Source: Armatimonadota bacterium
GTDB taxonomy: Bacteria; Armatimonadota; Fimbriimonadia; Fimbriimonadales; GBS-DC
Assembly: GCA_037445735.1 (NCBI GenBank)
Contig: JBBIJY010000005.1
Location: 32,001 to 96,000 of the forward strand
Length of the DNA stretch: 64,000 nucleotides
Direction of reading: 5' to 3'
Shown here: one piece after another, positions 49,702 through 59,249 of the stretch
Numbering within the stretch: the stretch's first letter is position 1
Layout: each line of letters starts with the position of its first letter
The notes under the pieces: model-generated
Seen by the model: the letters and a program-made list of their open reading frames with translations, nothing else
The model's database searches: none
Told to the model about the DNA's origin: nothing
Program-made: the position numbers and the translations under genes

Positions 49702-51312
49702 TCAATCAAGGTACTCATACGCGACGAGCGTGACGAAATCGATGAACTGGGGCGTCAGCACCACGCGCTCCAGGATCGCCGCCGCGTCGGTATAGCGGCT
49801 CCGCCGATAGGCGTCGGCGCTGATCTCGGCTTCGATCTTCGCCAGCTCCTCGCGCAACATCTGCTGGAACAGGTCGGGCGTGAAGGTGCGCCCATCGGCA
49901 AGCGTCGCCCTGCGCCAGATCCACTGCCACAGCTGCGAGCGCGAAATCTCCACCGTGGCGGCGTCCTCCATCAGATAGTTGATGGCAACGCAGCCTGTGC
50001 CACGCAGCCACGATTCCAGATAGCGCAGGCTGACCCCGATATTGGTGCGCACACCCCGTTCAGTGATGTCCCCACGCGGAAAGTTCAGCAACTCCTGTGC
50101 CGTAATCGCTCGCTGGGGACGCACATTCAGCTGGTTCACCCCGCGCAGGTTCTTTTCGAACACCTCCAGCACGATGGGCACCAGACCCGGATGCGCGACC
50201 CATGTGCCGTCGTAGCCCTCGCTGATCTCGCGCTCCTTGTCGGCAACCACCTGCGCAATCGCGGCGGCGTTCGCTTCGGGGTCGTCGCGACGGGGGATGT
50301 ATGCGGACATGCCGCCAATCGCATGAATCCCGCGCCGATGGCAGGTCTGCACCACCAGCTCGGAGTACGCCTTCATAAAGGGCACGGTCATCGTCAGCGT
50401 GGCACGGTCCGGCAGCACAACCTCGGGATGGTTGCGGAACTTGCGGATGACGCTGAACAGATAGTCCCACCGCCCGCTGTTGAGACCTGCCGAATGCTCG
50501 CGCAGCTCGTACAGGATTTCATCGCACTCAAACGCTGCCAGAATATTCTCGATCAGCACAGTGGCGCGAATCGTGCCACGCGGGATGCCCAGCTGCTCCT
50601 GCGCCATCGCAAAGACCTCGTTCCAGAGGCGCGCCTCCAGATGGCTCTCCAGCTTGGGCAGGTAGAAGTAGGGACCCGTGCCGCGCCGAAGGAGTTCCGC
50701 CGCGTTATGATAGAAATACAGCCCGAAGTCAAACAGCGCCGCAGGGGCAGGCTCGCCGTCAATAAACAGATGCTTTTCCACCAGATGCCAGCCGCGCGGG
50801 CGCACGCACAGCACGGCGATCTGCTCGTTCAGGCGGTACTGCTTACCTTCGGGACTGGTGTATTCAATCGTGCGGCGCACGGCGTCGTAGAGATTGATCT
50901 GCCCCTCGACGCAGTTCGCCCATGTGGGCGAGTTGGCGTCCTCGAAGTCCGCCATGAACACCTTCGCGCCTGAGTTGAGCGCGTTGATAATCATCTTGCG
51001 CTCCACGGGACCTGTGATTTCCACCCGCCGATCCATCAGATCGGGAGGTGGCGGTGCGACCTGCCAGTCACTGTTGCGAATCGGTTCCGTTTCGGGCAGG
51101 AAGTCGGGCTTGTTGCCCGCATCGAGCCATGCCTGGCGCTCCTCACGCAGGCGCAGCAGCTCCTTTCGGCGGGGGTTGAACGCGCGCGTAAGCGTCGCCA
51201 CGAAGCGCAGGGCATCAGGCGTGAGAATCTGCGCATAGGCGGGTGGAACCGCGCCTCGAATCTCAATCCCTTCCGCCTGCAACTGCCGATTCAGCGTCTC
51301 ACGATAATCCAT
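49702..51312 (-). CDS. aceB: Malate synthase A
   Basis: [42 protein letters not shown]. Confidence 0.96.
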   Translation of the reverse strand: MDYRETLNRQLQAEGIEIRGAVPPAYAQILTPDALRFVATLTRAFNPRRKELLRLREERQAWLDAGNKPDFLPETEPIRNSDWQVAPPPPDLMDRRVEITGPVERKMIINALNSGAKVFMADFEDANSPTWANCVEGQINLYDAVRRTIEYTSPEGKQYRLNEQIAVLCVRPRGWHLVEKHLFIDGEPAPAALFDFGLYFYHNAAELLRRGTGPYFYLPKLESHLEARLWNEVFAMAQEQLGIPRGTIRATVLIENILAAFECDEILYELREHSAGLNSGRWDYLFSVIRKFRNHPEVVLPDRATLTMTVPFMKAYSELVVQTCHRRGIHAIGGMSAYIPRRDDPEANAAAIAQVVADKEREISEGYDGTWVAHPGLVPIVLEVFEKNLRGVNQLNVRPQRAITAQELLNFPRGDITERGVRTNIGVSLRYLESWLRGTGCVAINYLMEDAATVEISRSQLWQWIWRRATLADGRTFTPDLFQQMLREELAKIEAEISADAYRRSRYTDAAAILERVVLTPQFIDFVTLVAYEYLD

Positions 51313-51340
51313 CCATTGCCTCCCTTCTCCTCGTTGAGCC

Positions 51341-51370
51341 TTGACCGACTGTTCGGTTAATAAGAAGATA
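51341..51370 (-). promoter_or_regulatory. Palindromic operator candidate TTAACCGA-N4-TCGGTCAA just downstream of a -10-like TATCTT, upstream of aceB
   Basis: ttgaccga ctgt tcggttaa at 51341-51360, 7 of 8 positions symmetric. Confidence 0.55.
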
Positions 51371-51623
51371 CCCCATCGGTCTATGGGTTAAAGGATACCC
51401 CAGAAACAGGGCGATCATGCATGCGATTCGAGGCGCGAGTCTGTAGATTTGTACAGAGAGCGTACCGCTTTCTCGCACAGAGATTGCTGACCAGGGCAAC
51501 GATGCCAATCAAACACTCAAAGTGGCTCAGAGACCTGTCCGCTTTTGGCAGTCTTTCGAGTCTATACAGTACGGTATCGCGGGATGATACGATGACACTC
51601 AAATGATGGATGCAAGAGGTAGA

Positions 51624-52502
51624 ATGATGATGAGGTACAAAAGCATACTGATCGCATGGGCGGCTCTGCTGGCGGTCAATGCCAGCGCACAGACGGTCTA
51701 TTCGCAGAACACCGCTCCGGGTGACCTGTTCACCAACTCAGGCGCTACGAATCAGGGTCAGAGCTTCGGGCATCCCAACTGGGTCTACAACAATACGCGC
51801 GGGGGCGGCAGCGTCGGTATCCGCACTAACTACCCGCGCAACGGCAACGGCTCAGTCTACTTCAACAGCCCCAGCGGCACAGGCAAGGCGGATATCGAGT
51901 ATTTCGCCGATCCTGTGAACGCAGGCGGGAACTTTGTACCCAATCCGTTCAATCCCGCCTCGATTCTCGGCAACCTTGCGCAGCTTACCGCGCTCCGTTA
52001 CGAATGGTATCGGGATGGTAGCTCGACGGTGATTGGGCACTTACACCCCGTGCTGCGGCTGGGGATCCTGCGGGTCAACCCGGATAACTCGGTCAACACA
52101 GGCTACCTGACCTTTGAACGGGTCTATAACGGGTTTTCTGGTGCCGCGCCGACCAACACCTGGGTGTCCGACGACATCATTGCAGGCAACTACAAGCTCT
52201 GGGCGACCGCCTCGCTGGGCTTCGGCGACCCGAATGTCAACATCAACAATGTGCTGAAAACCATCTCCGAGTGGGTTGCCGCCGCGAGTGCAGTGAACGC
52301 CCAGCTGTTTGTTATCTCGGTGAACGCAGGCATCGGCTCTGGCTGGAATGGGCAGTTCACAGGCGCCGTTGATACCATCACTTTCGGCTTTGGCGGCGCT
52401 TCCAGCACCTACAACTTCGAGGTTGTGCCTGAGCCGGCGAGCATAGCAGCACTGGGTATGGGTCTGGCAAGCCTGCTGGGTCTGCGCCGGCGCAGGATGT
52501 AG
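51624..52502 (+). CDS. PEP-CTERM sorting-domain surface protein
   Basis: Signal peptide and C-terminal VPEPASIAALGMGLASLLGLRRRR. Confidence 0.92.
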   Translation: MMMRYKSILIAWAALLAVNASAQTVYSQNTAPGDLFTNSGATNQGQSFGHPNWVYNNTRGGGSVGIRTNYPRNGNGSVYFNSPSGTGKADIEYFADPVNAGGNFVPNPFNPASILGNLAQLTALRYEWYRDGSSTVIGHLHPVLRLGILRVNPDNSVNTGYLTFERVYNGFSGAAPTNTWVSDDIIAGNYKLWATASLGFGDPNVNINNVLKTISEWVAAASAVNAQLFVISVNAGIGSGWNGQFTGAVDTITFGFGGASSTYNFEVVPEPASIAALGMGLASLLGLRRRRM

Positions 52503-52506
52503 CATC

Positions 52507-52570
52507 CTTGCCCCGTATCCCCGCACGCGGGAGAGAGGGTCAAAAATCCCTCTCACCCGTGTGCGGGGAA
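52507..52570. repeat. Degenerate REP-like palindromes
   Basis: ccccgcacgcgggagagagggt...ccctctcacccgtgtgcgggga. Confidence 0.55.
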
Positions 52571-52571
52571 G

Positions 52572-52760
52572 TTATCCCGCCTTGAGCGAGGCGATGACCT
52601 TCTCAAGATCGGGGAAGCTGGTCTGCACGCATTCCACATCGCGGCTCACCGTCTCCCCGATTGGGCGACCAGCCCCACTATCGCCAGCATCATCGCGATG
52701 CGGTGCTCGCCATAACGCTGCACCCCCACGCGCCATTCAGGAACGCGGGTCCGATCAGGC
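52572..52760 (-). pseudogene. aroA: Degraded C-terminal fragment of EPSP synthase
   Basis: Across frameshifts reads GPAFLNGA / VQRYGEHRIAMMLAIVGLVA / ETVSRDVECVQTSFPDLEKVIASL*, matching the AroA DHRIAM and TSFP motifs. Confidence 0.7.
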
Positions 52761-52817
52761 GGGGCTGACCGTTCAACCGCGCAGGTCGAAGCCCAGAAAA
52801 CCCCGCAAAAAGCAGAG

Positions 52818-52845
52818 TCCAGTCTCCTTCCATGCCTGCCGATAA
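52818..52845 (+). promoter_or_regulatory. Sigma28 (FliA)-type promoter
   Basis: TCCAG-N15-GCCGATAA upstream of fliD. Confidence 0.7.
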
Positions 52846-52891
52846 TCGGTCAGGGAACAGAGCCGGTGACACAGGGGGAGGGAGAATCGCT

Positions 52892-55177
52892 ATGTTCGGA
52901 GGCAGTATCACAGGCATCAACTTTGCCGGGCTGGCATCGGGCATCGACACGGAGGCGATTATCCAGAAGCTGATCGAGCTCCAGTCGCGCCCGCTCCAGC
53001 GGCTGATGGTGCGCAAGTCGGAGCTGAGCGCGCGTATGAGCGCGTTCGATCAGTTTCGCGGGCTGGTCAACAATCTTCAGACCGCTGCGGGCGCGCTCTC
53101 CGTTAAAAACGCCTTCAATCTGATTCGCGCCACCTCGTCGGATACACAGGTCGCCACTGTAACAGCGTCCACCGACGCGCTGCCTGGCACCTACGAGCTG
53201 CGCGTCAGCAAGCTCGCGCAGGCGCATAAGATTATCAGCGGTGCGCACGCCTCCGCCACCGCTGAGCTGGGTGCCACTGGACAGTTCATGGTGAACGGTA
53301 AGATTATTGAGGTCAACCCCAGCGACACACTGACCACCATCGCCAGCAAGATCAATGCTGCGAATGCCGGTGTCACGGCTTCCATCCTGAACGGCGATAA
53401 CGGGCAGGTGTTCCTGACGCTCACTGCCACCCACACGGGCGCGGAGAGCCGAATCCAGCTTGCCGATGTGGGCGGCTACAACATTATCGTGCCCACGCTC
53501 AAGCTGGTGAGCTACGCCGAGTTCATTCGCAACCAGCAGGGCAACGCCGCCCTCTCCGAACGGTTCACCGATTCGGGCACGCCACTCGGCACCCTGTTCC
53601 AGATGAGCAGCCCCACCAGCGGCACCATCCAGATTAATGGCGTTGCTGTCTCTATCGACTTCGCAACCGACAGCCTCAACACCATCGCCAGCCGAATCAA
53701 CAACGCGGGTATCCCGGGCGTCACCGCGTCAGTGGTCAGCGAGACGGTCAACGGCACAACCTACTACCGCCTCAAGATCGAAGGTGCCAGTGGTGTGCCC
53801 ACCTTCACCGATAATAACAACATCCTCAAAAATCTGGGCATTCTGCAGAACCAGTACGAGCGCGAGCTGGTGCAGGCGCAGGATGCCGAGTTCAGCGTCG
53901 ACGGCATCAACTTCAAGCGCAGCACCAATCAAATCACCGATGTGATTCCGGGTGTGACGCTCAATCTGCTCAGCGCGGATGCCACCAACCCCAAAACGGT
54001 AACCATCACCCTCTCGCGCGATTACGACGGCATCAAAGGCTCCATCACCAGCTTCATTAATGCCTTCAACAGCCTCGTCGACTTCATCAAGCAGAACGCC
54101 TCGTTTGACAAAGAGACCCTGAAGGGTGGCATCCTGTTTGGGGATAGCACAATCAGCCTGATTCAGGACACACTGGTGCGCCAGATCACCGATGTGGTGC
54201 AGGGTCTGGACGGCACGCTGCGGGCGCTCAGTCAGGTCGGGGTTCAGCTGGGGCAGGATGGCAAGCTCACGCTGGACGAAGGCAAGTTGATGCAGATGCT
54301 CAACAGCGATTTGACGGGCGTGAGCCGCCTTTTTATTGCGAACGGCACCACCACGAACACGCAGATCGCCTTTGTGTCGGCGACCGATGCGACGCGCCCC
54401 TCGCCCGCGACTGGCTACGAGGTGGTCATCACGCAGGTGGCAACCCGTGCCACCGCCAGCGCCAGCATCGCGCAAACGGGCGCCAGCACCACCGACGAAC
54501 GGCTCACCTTTTCGGGCAGCCTGTTCGGCAATGAACCCTACACGCTGGTCATCCCTGCTGGCAGCACCATCGACGACACAATCGCCCGCATCAATAGCGA
54601 TGCCCGCCTCAAGAATCTGGTGGTCGCCAGCAAAGATAGCGAGGGCAGGCTGGTGATTCAGGCACGCAACTACGGCTCCGCCAGCAGTTTCACCGTCGTC
54701 TCGGACCAGGCAGCCAGCGCGACCAGCTCCGGCATCGGCACCACCGCCATTAACGCGCAGGGTCAGGATGTGGCGGGCACTATCAACGGCGAACCCGCCA
54801 CCGGTCAGGGACAGTTCCTCACAGGCAACAGCGGCAACCCGAACACCGCAGGCTTGCAGATTCGCGTGCTGGCGACCACGCCCGGCACCTACGGCGCGGT
54901 CATCTTCACGCGCGGCGTCGCCGACCAGGTGCGCCAGTACGCCAAATCGATCACCGATATCGTGAACGGCGACCTCACACTGGCAACCAATACGCTTCAG
55001 GACCAGATTAAAGCCATCGACGAGCAGATGCAGAGCATTCGTGAGGAGATCAGCCGTCGCGAGCAGATGCTGCGTCAGCAGTTTGCTCGCCTGGAAAGCG
55101 CCCTCAGTCAGATGCAGTCGCAGAGCATGCGACTCTCCGCCATGCTGGGCGGCATGCCAGGACTGAGAATCGCCTGA
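52892..55177 (+). CDS. fliD: Flagellar filament capping protein
   Basis: GLASGIDT, KLAQAH, AQDAEF, NQITDVIPGVTLNL, QFARLESALSQM. Confidence 0.93.
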   Translation: MFGGSITGINFAGLASGIDTEAIIQKLIELQSRPLQRLMVRKSELSARMSAFDQFRGLVNNLQTAAGALSVKNAFNLIRATSSDTQVATVTASTDALPGTYELRVSKLAQAHKIISGAHASATAELGATGQFMVNGKIIEVNPSDTLTTIASKINAANAGVTASILNGDNGQVFLTLTATHTGAESRIQLADVGGYNIIVPTLKLVSYAEFIRNQQGNAALSERFTDSGTPLGTLFQMSSPTSGTIQINGVAVSIDFATDSLNTIASRINNAGIPGVTASVVSETVNGTTYYRLKIEGASGVPTFTDNNNILKNLGILQNQYERELVQAQDAEFSVDGINFKRSTNQITDVIPGVTLNLLSADATNPKTVTITLSRDYDGIKGSITSFINAFNSLVDFIKQNASFDKETLKGGILFGDSTISLIQDTLVRQITDVVQGLDGTLRALSQVGVQLGQDGKLTLDEGKLMQMLNSDLTGVSRLFIANGTTTNTQIAFVSATDATRPSPATGYEVVITQVATRATASASIAQTGASTTDERLTFSGSLFGNEPYTLVIPAGSTIDDTIARINSDARLKNLVVASKDSEGRLVIQARNYGSASSFTVVSDQAASATSSGIGTTAINAQGQDVAGTINGEPATGQGQFLTGNSGNPNTAGLQIRVLATTPGTYGAVIFTRGVADQVRQYAKSITDIVNGDLTLATNTLQDQIKAIDEQMQSIREEISRREQMLRQQFARLESALSQMQSQSMRLSAMLGGMPGLRIA

Positions 55178-55211
55178 ATCGAACCCGCACGGGTTCTAAA
55201 TGGAGGAACCT

Positions 55212-55637
55212 ATGTACGGTGGCGTGAACGGACAGCAGCGCTACTTGCAAACGGCGGTGGAGACGGCGCATCCCGCCCGACTGGTGGTGATGCTCTATGA
55301 TGGCGCCCTCCGCTTCCTGAACCTGGCAGTAGAAGCCATCGAACAGCGCAACTACGAACAGCAGAATCTCTATCTACAGAAAGCGCAACGCATTCTTAGC
55401 GAGCTGATCAGCAGCCTCGACTTCGCGCAGGGCGGCGAAATCGCCGAGAACCTGTTCCAGCTCTACACCTATCTTTACAACCAGCTGGTGCAGGCGAACA
55501 TCAGCGACGATAAAGCAAAGGTTCAGCACGCAATTGCTCTGCTGAGCGAGCTGCGTGAGGCGTGGGACACCATCGCGAGCCAGGTGGAAGCCCCGCCCCA
55601 GACCTGCACGCCAGGGAAGGTGCATCTGCATGGCTAA
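55212..55637 (+). CDS. fliS: Flagellar chaperone FliS
   Basis: TAHPARLVVMLYDGA, GGEIAENLFQLY, LREAW. Confidence 0.95.
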   Translation: MYGGVNGQQRYLQTAVETAHPARLVVMLYDGALRFLNLAVEAIEQRNYEQQNLYLQKAQRILSELISSLDFAQGGEIAENLFQLYTYLYNQLVQANISDDKAKVQHAIALLSELREAWDTIASQVEAPPQTCTPGKVHLHG

Positions 55638-55968
55638 GAGCCTGATCGAGACCCTGCTGGATGATTTCTGGCTGCTGAGTCTGTCGCTGGAGCAGGCGCT
55701 GCAGGAGGACGACTGGGATCAGGTGGTGGGGCTGCTCCAGCGGCGAGAAGAGGTGCTGCGCACGCTGGAGTGTCTGGAGCCAGACCCCGCGTGGCTGCCC
55801 AAATTGCACCGCGCCCTCGAAGCCGACCACCGTTGCCAGCAACTCATTCAGCGCAAGCAGCGTGCCCTGCTGCTTGAACTGGAGGAGGAGAGCCAGCAAC
55901 GCCGCTGCAGCGAACATTACCGCCCCACCCCCTTCGAACCACAAACCCGTTTCGAGCAAGAGGGATAG
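55630..55968 (+). CDS. FliT-like flagellar protein
   Basis: Small helical protein (DWDQVVGLLQRRE) after fliS. Confidence 0.6.
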   Translation: MAKSLIETLLDDFWLLSLSLEQALQEDDWDQVVGLLQRREEVLRTLECLEPDPAWLPKLHRALEADHRCQQLIQRKQRALLLELEEESQQRRCSEHYRPTPFEPQTRFEQEG

Positions 55969-56045
55969 CGGCGGAATCACCCCACAGCGGCCGAGGGGCA
56001 CGCCGCTCTCTGGTGAGCGGGTCAAGCCGTGAGCGATGCGCGGAA

Positions 56046-56069
56046 CCCTCTCCCCAAGGGGGGAGAGGG
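56046..56069. repeat. REP-like palindrome copy
   Basis: ccctctccccaagggggagaggg-type hairpin. Confidence 0.7.
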
Positions 56070-56076
56070 TACGCTC

Positions 56077-57138
56077 TCACAGCGGAATGAAGCTCATATC
56101 GGGTGTGAGGCGGCGGGTGAAGGCAGCGAGCAGACGCACCGCGTTCTCCACATCCTCCAGCGAGAGCAGCTCGCAGGGCGTGTGCATGTAGCGCAACGGA
56201 ACCGAGATCAGCCCCGTTGCCATCCCTGCGCGACTGATCTGCATCGCGTTCGCGTCGGTGCCTGTGCCGCCACCCACGGCGTCAATCTGATAGGGGATGC
56301 CCTCCTCTTCGGCGGTCTGCAACAGCAGGTCGAACACGCGCGGGTTGATGTTCGCGCCCCGGCAGAGAACGGGTCCCTTGCCCGGGATTACCTCACCGAC
56401 GCGCTTTTTGTCCACGCTCGGGTAGTCGGAGGCGTGCGTGACATCGACGGCGATACCCACCTGCGGGTCGACGCCGTACGCGCTGGTGCGGGCGCCACGC
56501 AGCCCGATCTCTTCCTGCACGGTGGCGACGGCGAACACGGCAGCCGTCGGGCGATTCTCGCTGAGCAGGCGCAGCGCCTCCGCCACAATAAATGCGCCCA
56601 TCTTGTTATCGAACCCGCGCGCGGTCGCAAAGCCGTTCATCAGCGGGGTGAACTCGGCGGCAATCGTGATGGGGTCGCCGATGCGCACCTTCTCCTGCGC
56701 GGCGGCGCGACTGCCCGCGCCGATGTCCACCCACAGATCGTGCAGTTTGGGCGCCTTGCTGCGCTCGTCCTCCTCCAGCAGGTGGATCGGCTTGCGACCG
56801 ATGACGCCCGGAATCGCGCCCGATGCGGTGTGCACATAGACGCGCTGCCCGACAGGGATGACCGCGTCGTGCCCGCCTATCGGACCGAAATAGAGGAAGC
56901 CCTCGTCGGAGATATAGCGCACGATGAAGCCGATTTCGTCCATATGTCCGGCGAACATCACGCGCGGCTTGCCCGATGGGTTCAGCGCTGCAATCACATT
57001 GCCCATCACATCGGTGGTCACTTCGTCGGCGAACTCGCGCGTGTAGCGGCGATACACCTCTGCCGCCCGATACTCATAGCCGGATGGCGACGGTGTGTTC
57101 ACAATCGTTTTGAAAAACTCCAGCGATTCGGGTCTCAT
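56077..57138 (-). CDS. M42 family aminopeptidase
   Basis: SPSGYE, GHMDEIG, DNK, QEEIGLRGA, GTDA, RYMHTP. Confidence 0.92.
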   Translation of the reverse strand: MRPESLEFFKTIVNTPSPSGYEYRAAEVYRRYTREFADEVTTDVMGNVIAALNPSGKPRVMFAGHMDEIGFIVRYISDEGFLYFGPIGGHDAVIPVGQRVYVHTASGAIPGVIGRKPIHLLEEDERSKAPKLHDLWVDIGAGSRAAAQEKVRIGDPITIAAEFTPLMNGFATARGFDNKMGAFIVAEALRLLSENRPTAAVFAVATVQEEIGLRGARTSAYGVDPQVGIAVDVTHASDYPSVDKKRVGEVIPGKGPVLCRGANINPRVFDLLLQTAEEEGIPYQIDAVGGGTGTDANAMQISRAGMATGLISVPLRYMHTPCELLSLEDVENAVRLLAAFTRRLTPDMSFIPL

Positions 57139-57608
57139 TTTGTGCCTCCTGATAGTCGATGAAGGTTCGCCATTTCGATGGCGCTGAGCGCGGCTTCGGC
57201 GCCCTTGTTGCCCGCTTTGCCGCCCGCGCGTTCGAGCGCCTGCTCGAAGGTGGCTTCGGTGAGGATGCCCAGTGCGACGGGCACACCCGTGTCCAGCATG
57301 GTGCGCATCAGCGCGTTGCAGACCGCGGCGCTGATATGGTGAGCATGGGCGGTCTCGCCCTGCAGCACCGCGCCGAGACAAATAATGGCGTCATACTGCT
57401 GGCTTCGGGCGCACGCCTGCGCCGCGAGGGGTATCTCCCAGCTGCCCGGCACAGAGTAGAGGTCGATCGCGTTCGGGTCAGCGCCGTGCTGCAACAGGGT
57501 CTGGACTGCGCCCTCGCGCAGGCGGTCCGTGATGAGCGCGTTATAGCGGCTGACAATCAGTGCGAACCGCAATCCCTGCGCCTGCAAACCGCCCTCGTAG
57601 CTTGCCAT
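57135..57608 (-). CDS. ribH: 6,7-dimethyl-8-ribityllumazine synthase
   Basis: VPGSWEIP, CLGAVLQGET, GNKGAEAALSAIEM. Confidence 0.95.
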   Translation of the reverse strand: MASYEGGLQAQGLRFALIVSRYNALITDRLREGAVQTLLQHGADPNAIDLYSVPGSWEIPLAAQACARSQQYDAIICLGAVLQGETAHAHHISAAVCNALMRTMLDTGVPVALGILTEATFEQALERAGGKAGNKGAEAALSAIEMANLHRLSGGTK

Positions 57609-57628
57609 CGCGGTCGAGTATACCCTCT

Positions 57629-59188
57629 TCAATCCGCCTGGGTCATCAGCGTGTTTCTGGTGAGGATCAGGGCGCGGCTGAGTTCGTCAGCGGTGCAGGT
57701 GCGTTGTCCCGATTGAGCGAGGTGTGCGCCCGCGGCGGCGTGCAGATAGGCGCCTGCGAGGCTCGCCTCTAGCGGCGGCAACCCCTGCGCGAGCAGACCC
57801 GCTATCGCGCCTGTCAGCACATCGCCTGAACCGCCCGTTGCCAGGCTCGGCTCGGCAAAGGGTATCAACCACACGCCAGCGCCGTCCGTCACGATGCTGT
57901 ACGCACCCTTCAGCACTATGGTCGCCTCATAGCGTTCGTTCAGCAGGGCAGCCGCGCTGAGACGGTCCTCCTGCACCTGGCGCGTTTCGAGCTGGAGCAG
58001 TCGCGCTGCCTCGCCCGGATGCGGGGTCAGGACGGTGCGTGGTGGTAGCGACACGGCGTTGCCCAGTCGCGCCAGCCAGTTCAAGCCGTCGGCGTCGATC
58101 ACCAGCGGTCGCCCCGTCTCGCTCCATCGCTCCAGCAGCTCCAGCATGGCGTTGCCCGTCGGCTCATGCTGACCCAGCCCGGGACCGAGTGCCAGCACAT
58201 CGAATCGGCTCCACTGCTCGCTGAGGTAGCGCACGCCGTCGCGTGTCAGCGCGCCCAGCTCGCCATCAGGCAGGGGTAGCGTCATCAGTTCGGGATAGAA
58301 GGCGGCAACCTGCGGCTGGATGCGGGATGGCACAGCGACCGTTGCCAGCCCTGCACCGATTCGCAGCGCGGAGATGCCCGCCAGCGCAGGGGCGCCCACC
58401 ATACCCACCGAGCCGCCCACCACCAGCACGGTTCCGCGCTGACCCTTATGCGTGTCGGGCGACCACACCGGCAGCATCGAAGCCACATCCTGCGGGCGCA
58501 GCAGTCGCGCCGTGCATTCACACGCCTGCAGGCGTTGCGGCGCGATGCCTATCGGCACCGCCACCCACTGCCCCACACAGCGCGGCCCCGCGTTCAGGAA
58601 GAAGCCGATTTTGGGCAGTCCCATCGTCACGGTGCAGGTCGCCCGCACGGCGACGCCCAGCTCGCGCCCCGTGTCGGCGTCCAGCCCGGAGGGGATGTCC
58701 ACCGCCACAATCGGGCGGTTCGAGCGGTTCATCGCTTCAATCAGCGAGCGGTACGGCTCGCGCACCTCGCCCGTCAGCCCTGTGCCAAGCAGCGCGTCGA
58801 CCAGGATGTCCTCGCCCTGAAACAGTCCTGGGTCGGGCTGGGCAGGCGTCGCCAGCGCGGGGATGCCGTACGCGCGCACCATCTGCCACTGGATGGCGGT
58901 GTCGCCCGTGAACTCGTTCGGCTCCGCCATTAGCCACAGATGCACCTGTGCGCCCGCCTCATGCAGATAGCGGGCGACCACCATGCCGTCGCCCCCATTA
59001 TTGCCCTTGCCCACCAGCACAGCGATATGGCGACCCTGTATCGGGCTGAACCGCTCGCACAGGTAGCGGAACACGCCCTGACCCGCCCGCTCCATCAGGA
59101 TCAGCGACGGGATACCGTCCTCTTCGATGGTGAGCCGATCGAGGGCGCGCATCTCCGCCGCGCTCACCACTGGCACGCCCCAGCGCAT
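57629..59188 (-). CDS. nnr: Bifunctional NAD(P)H-hydrate epimerase/dehydratase
   Basis: LMERAG, GKGNNGGDG, DIPSG, DADGL, LTPHPGE, ATGGSGDVL. Confidence 0.93.
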   Translation of the reverse strand: MRWGVPVVSAAEMRALDRLTIEEDGIPSLILMERAGQGVFRYLCERFSPIQGRHIAVLVGKGNNGGDGMVVARYLHEAGAQVHLWLMAEPNEFTGDTAIQWQMVRAYGIPALATPAQPDPGLFQGEDILVDALLGTGLTGEVREPYRSLIEAMNRSNRPIVAVDIPSGLDADTGRELGVAVRATCTVTMGLPKIGFFLNAGPRCVGQWVAVPIGIAPQRLQACECTARLLRPQDVASMLPVWSPDTHKGQRGTVLVVGGSVGMVGAPALAGISALRIGAGLATVAVPSRIQPQVAAFYPELMTLPLPDGELGALTRDGVRYLSEQWSRFDVLALGPGLGQHEPTGNAMLELLERWSETGRPLVIDADGLNWLARLGNAVSLPPRTVLTPHPGEAARLLQLETRQVQEDRLSAAALLNERYEATIVLKGAYSIVTDGAGVWLIPFAEPSLATGGSGDVLTGAIAGLLAQGLPPLEASLAGAYLHAAAGAHLAQSGQRTCTADELSRALILTRNTLMTQAD

Positions 59189-59249
59189 ACTCTCCCGATT
59201 CACCTTCCGCAACGGCTCTCCTGCCTGTGCGTGGGGTATCCTTCTAACC

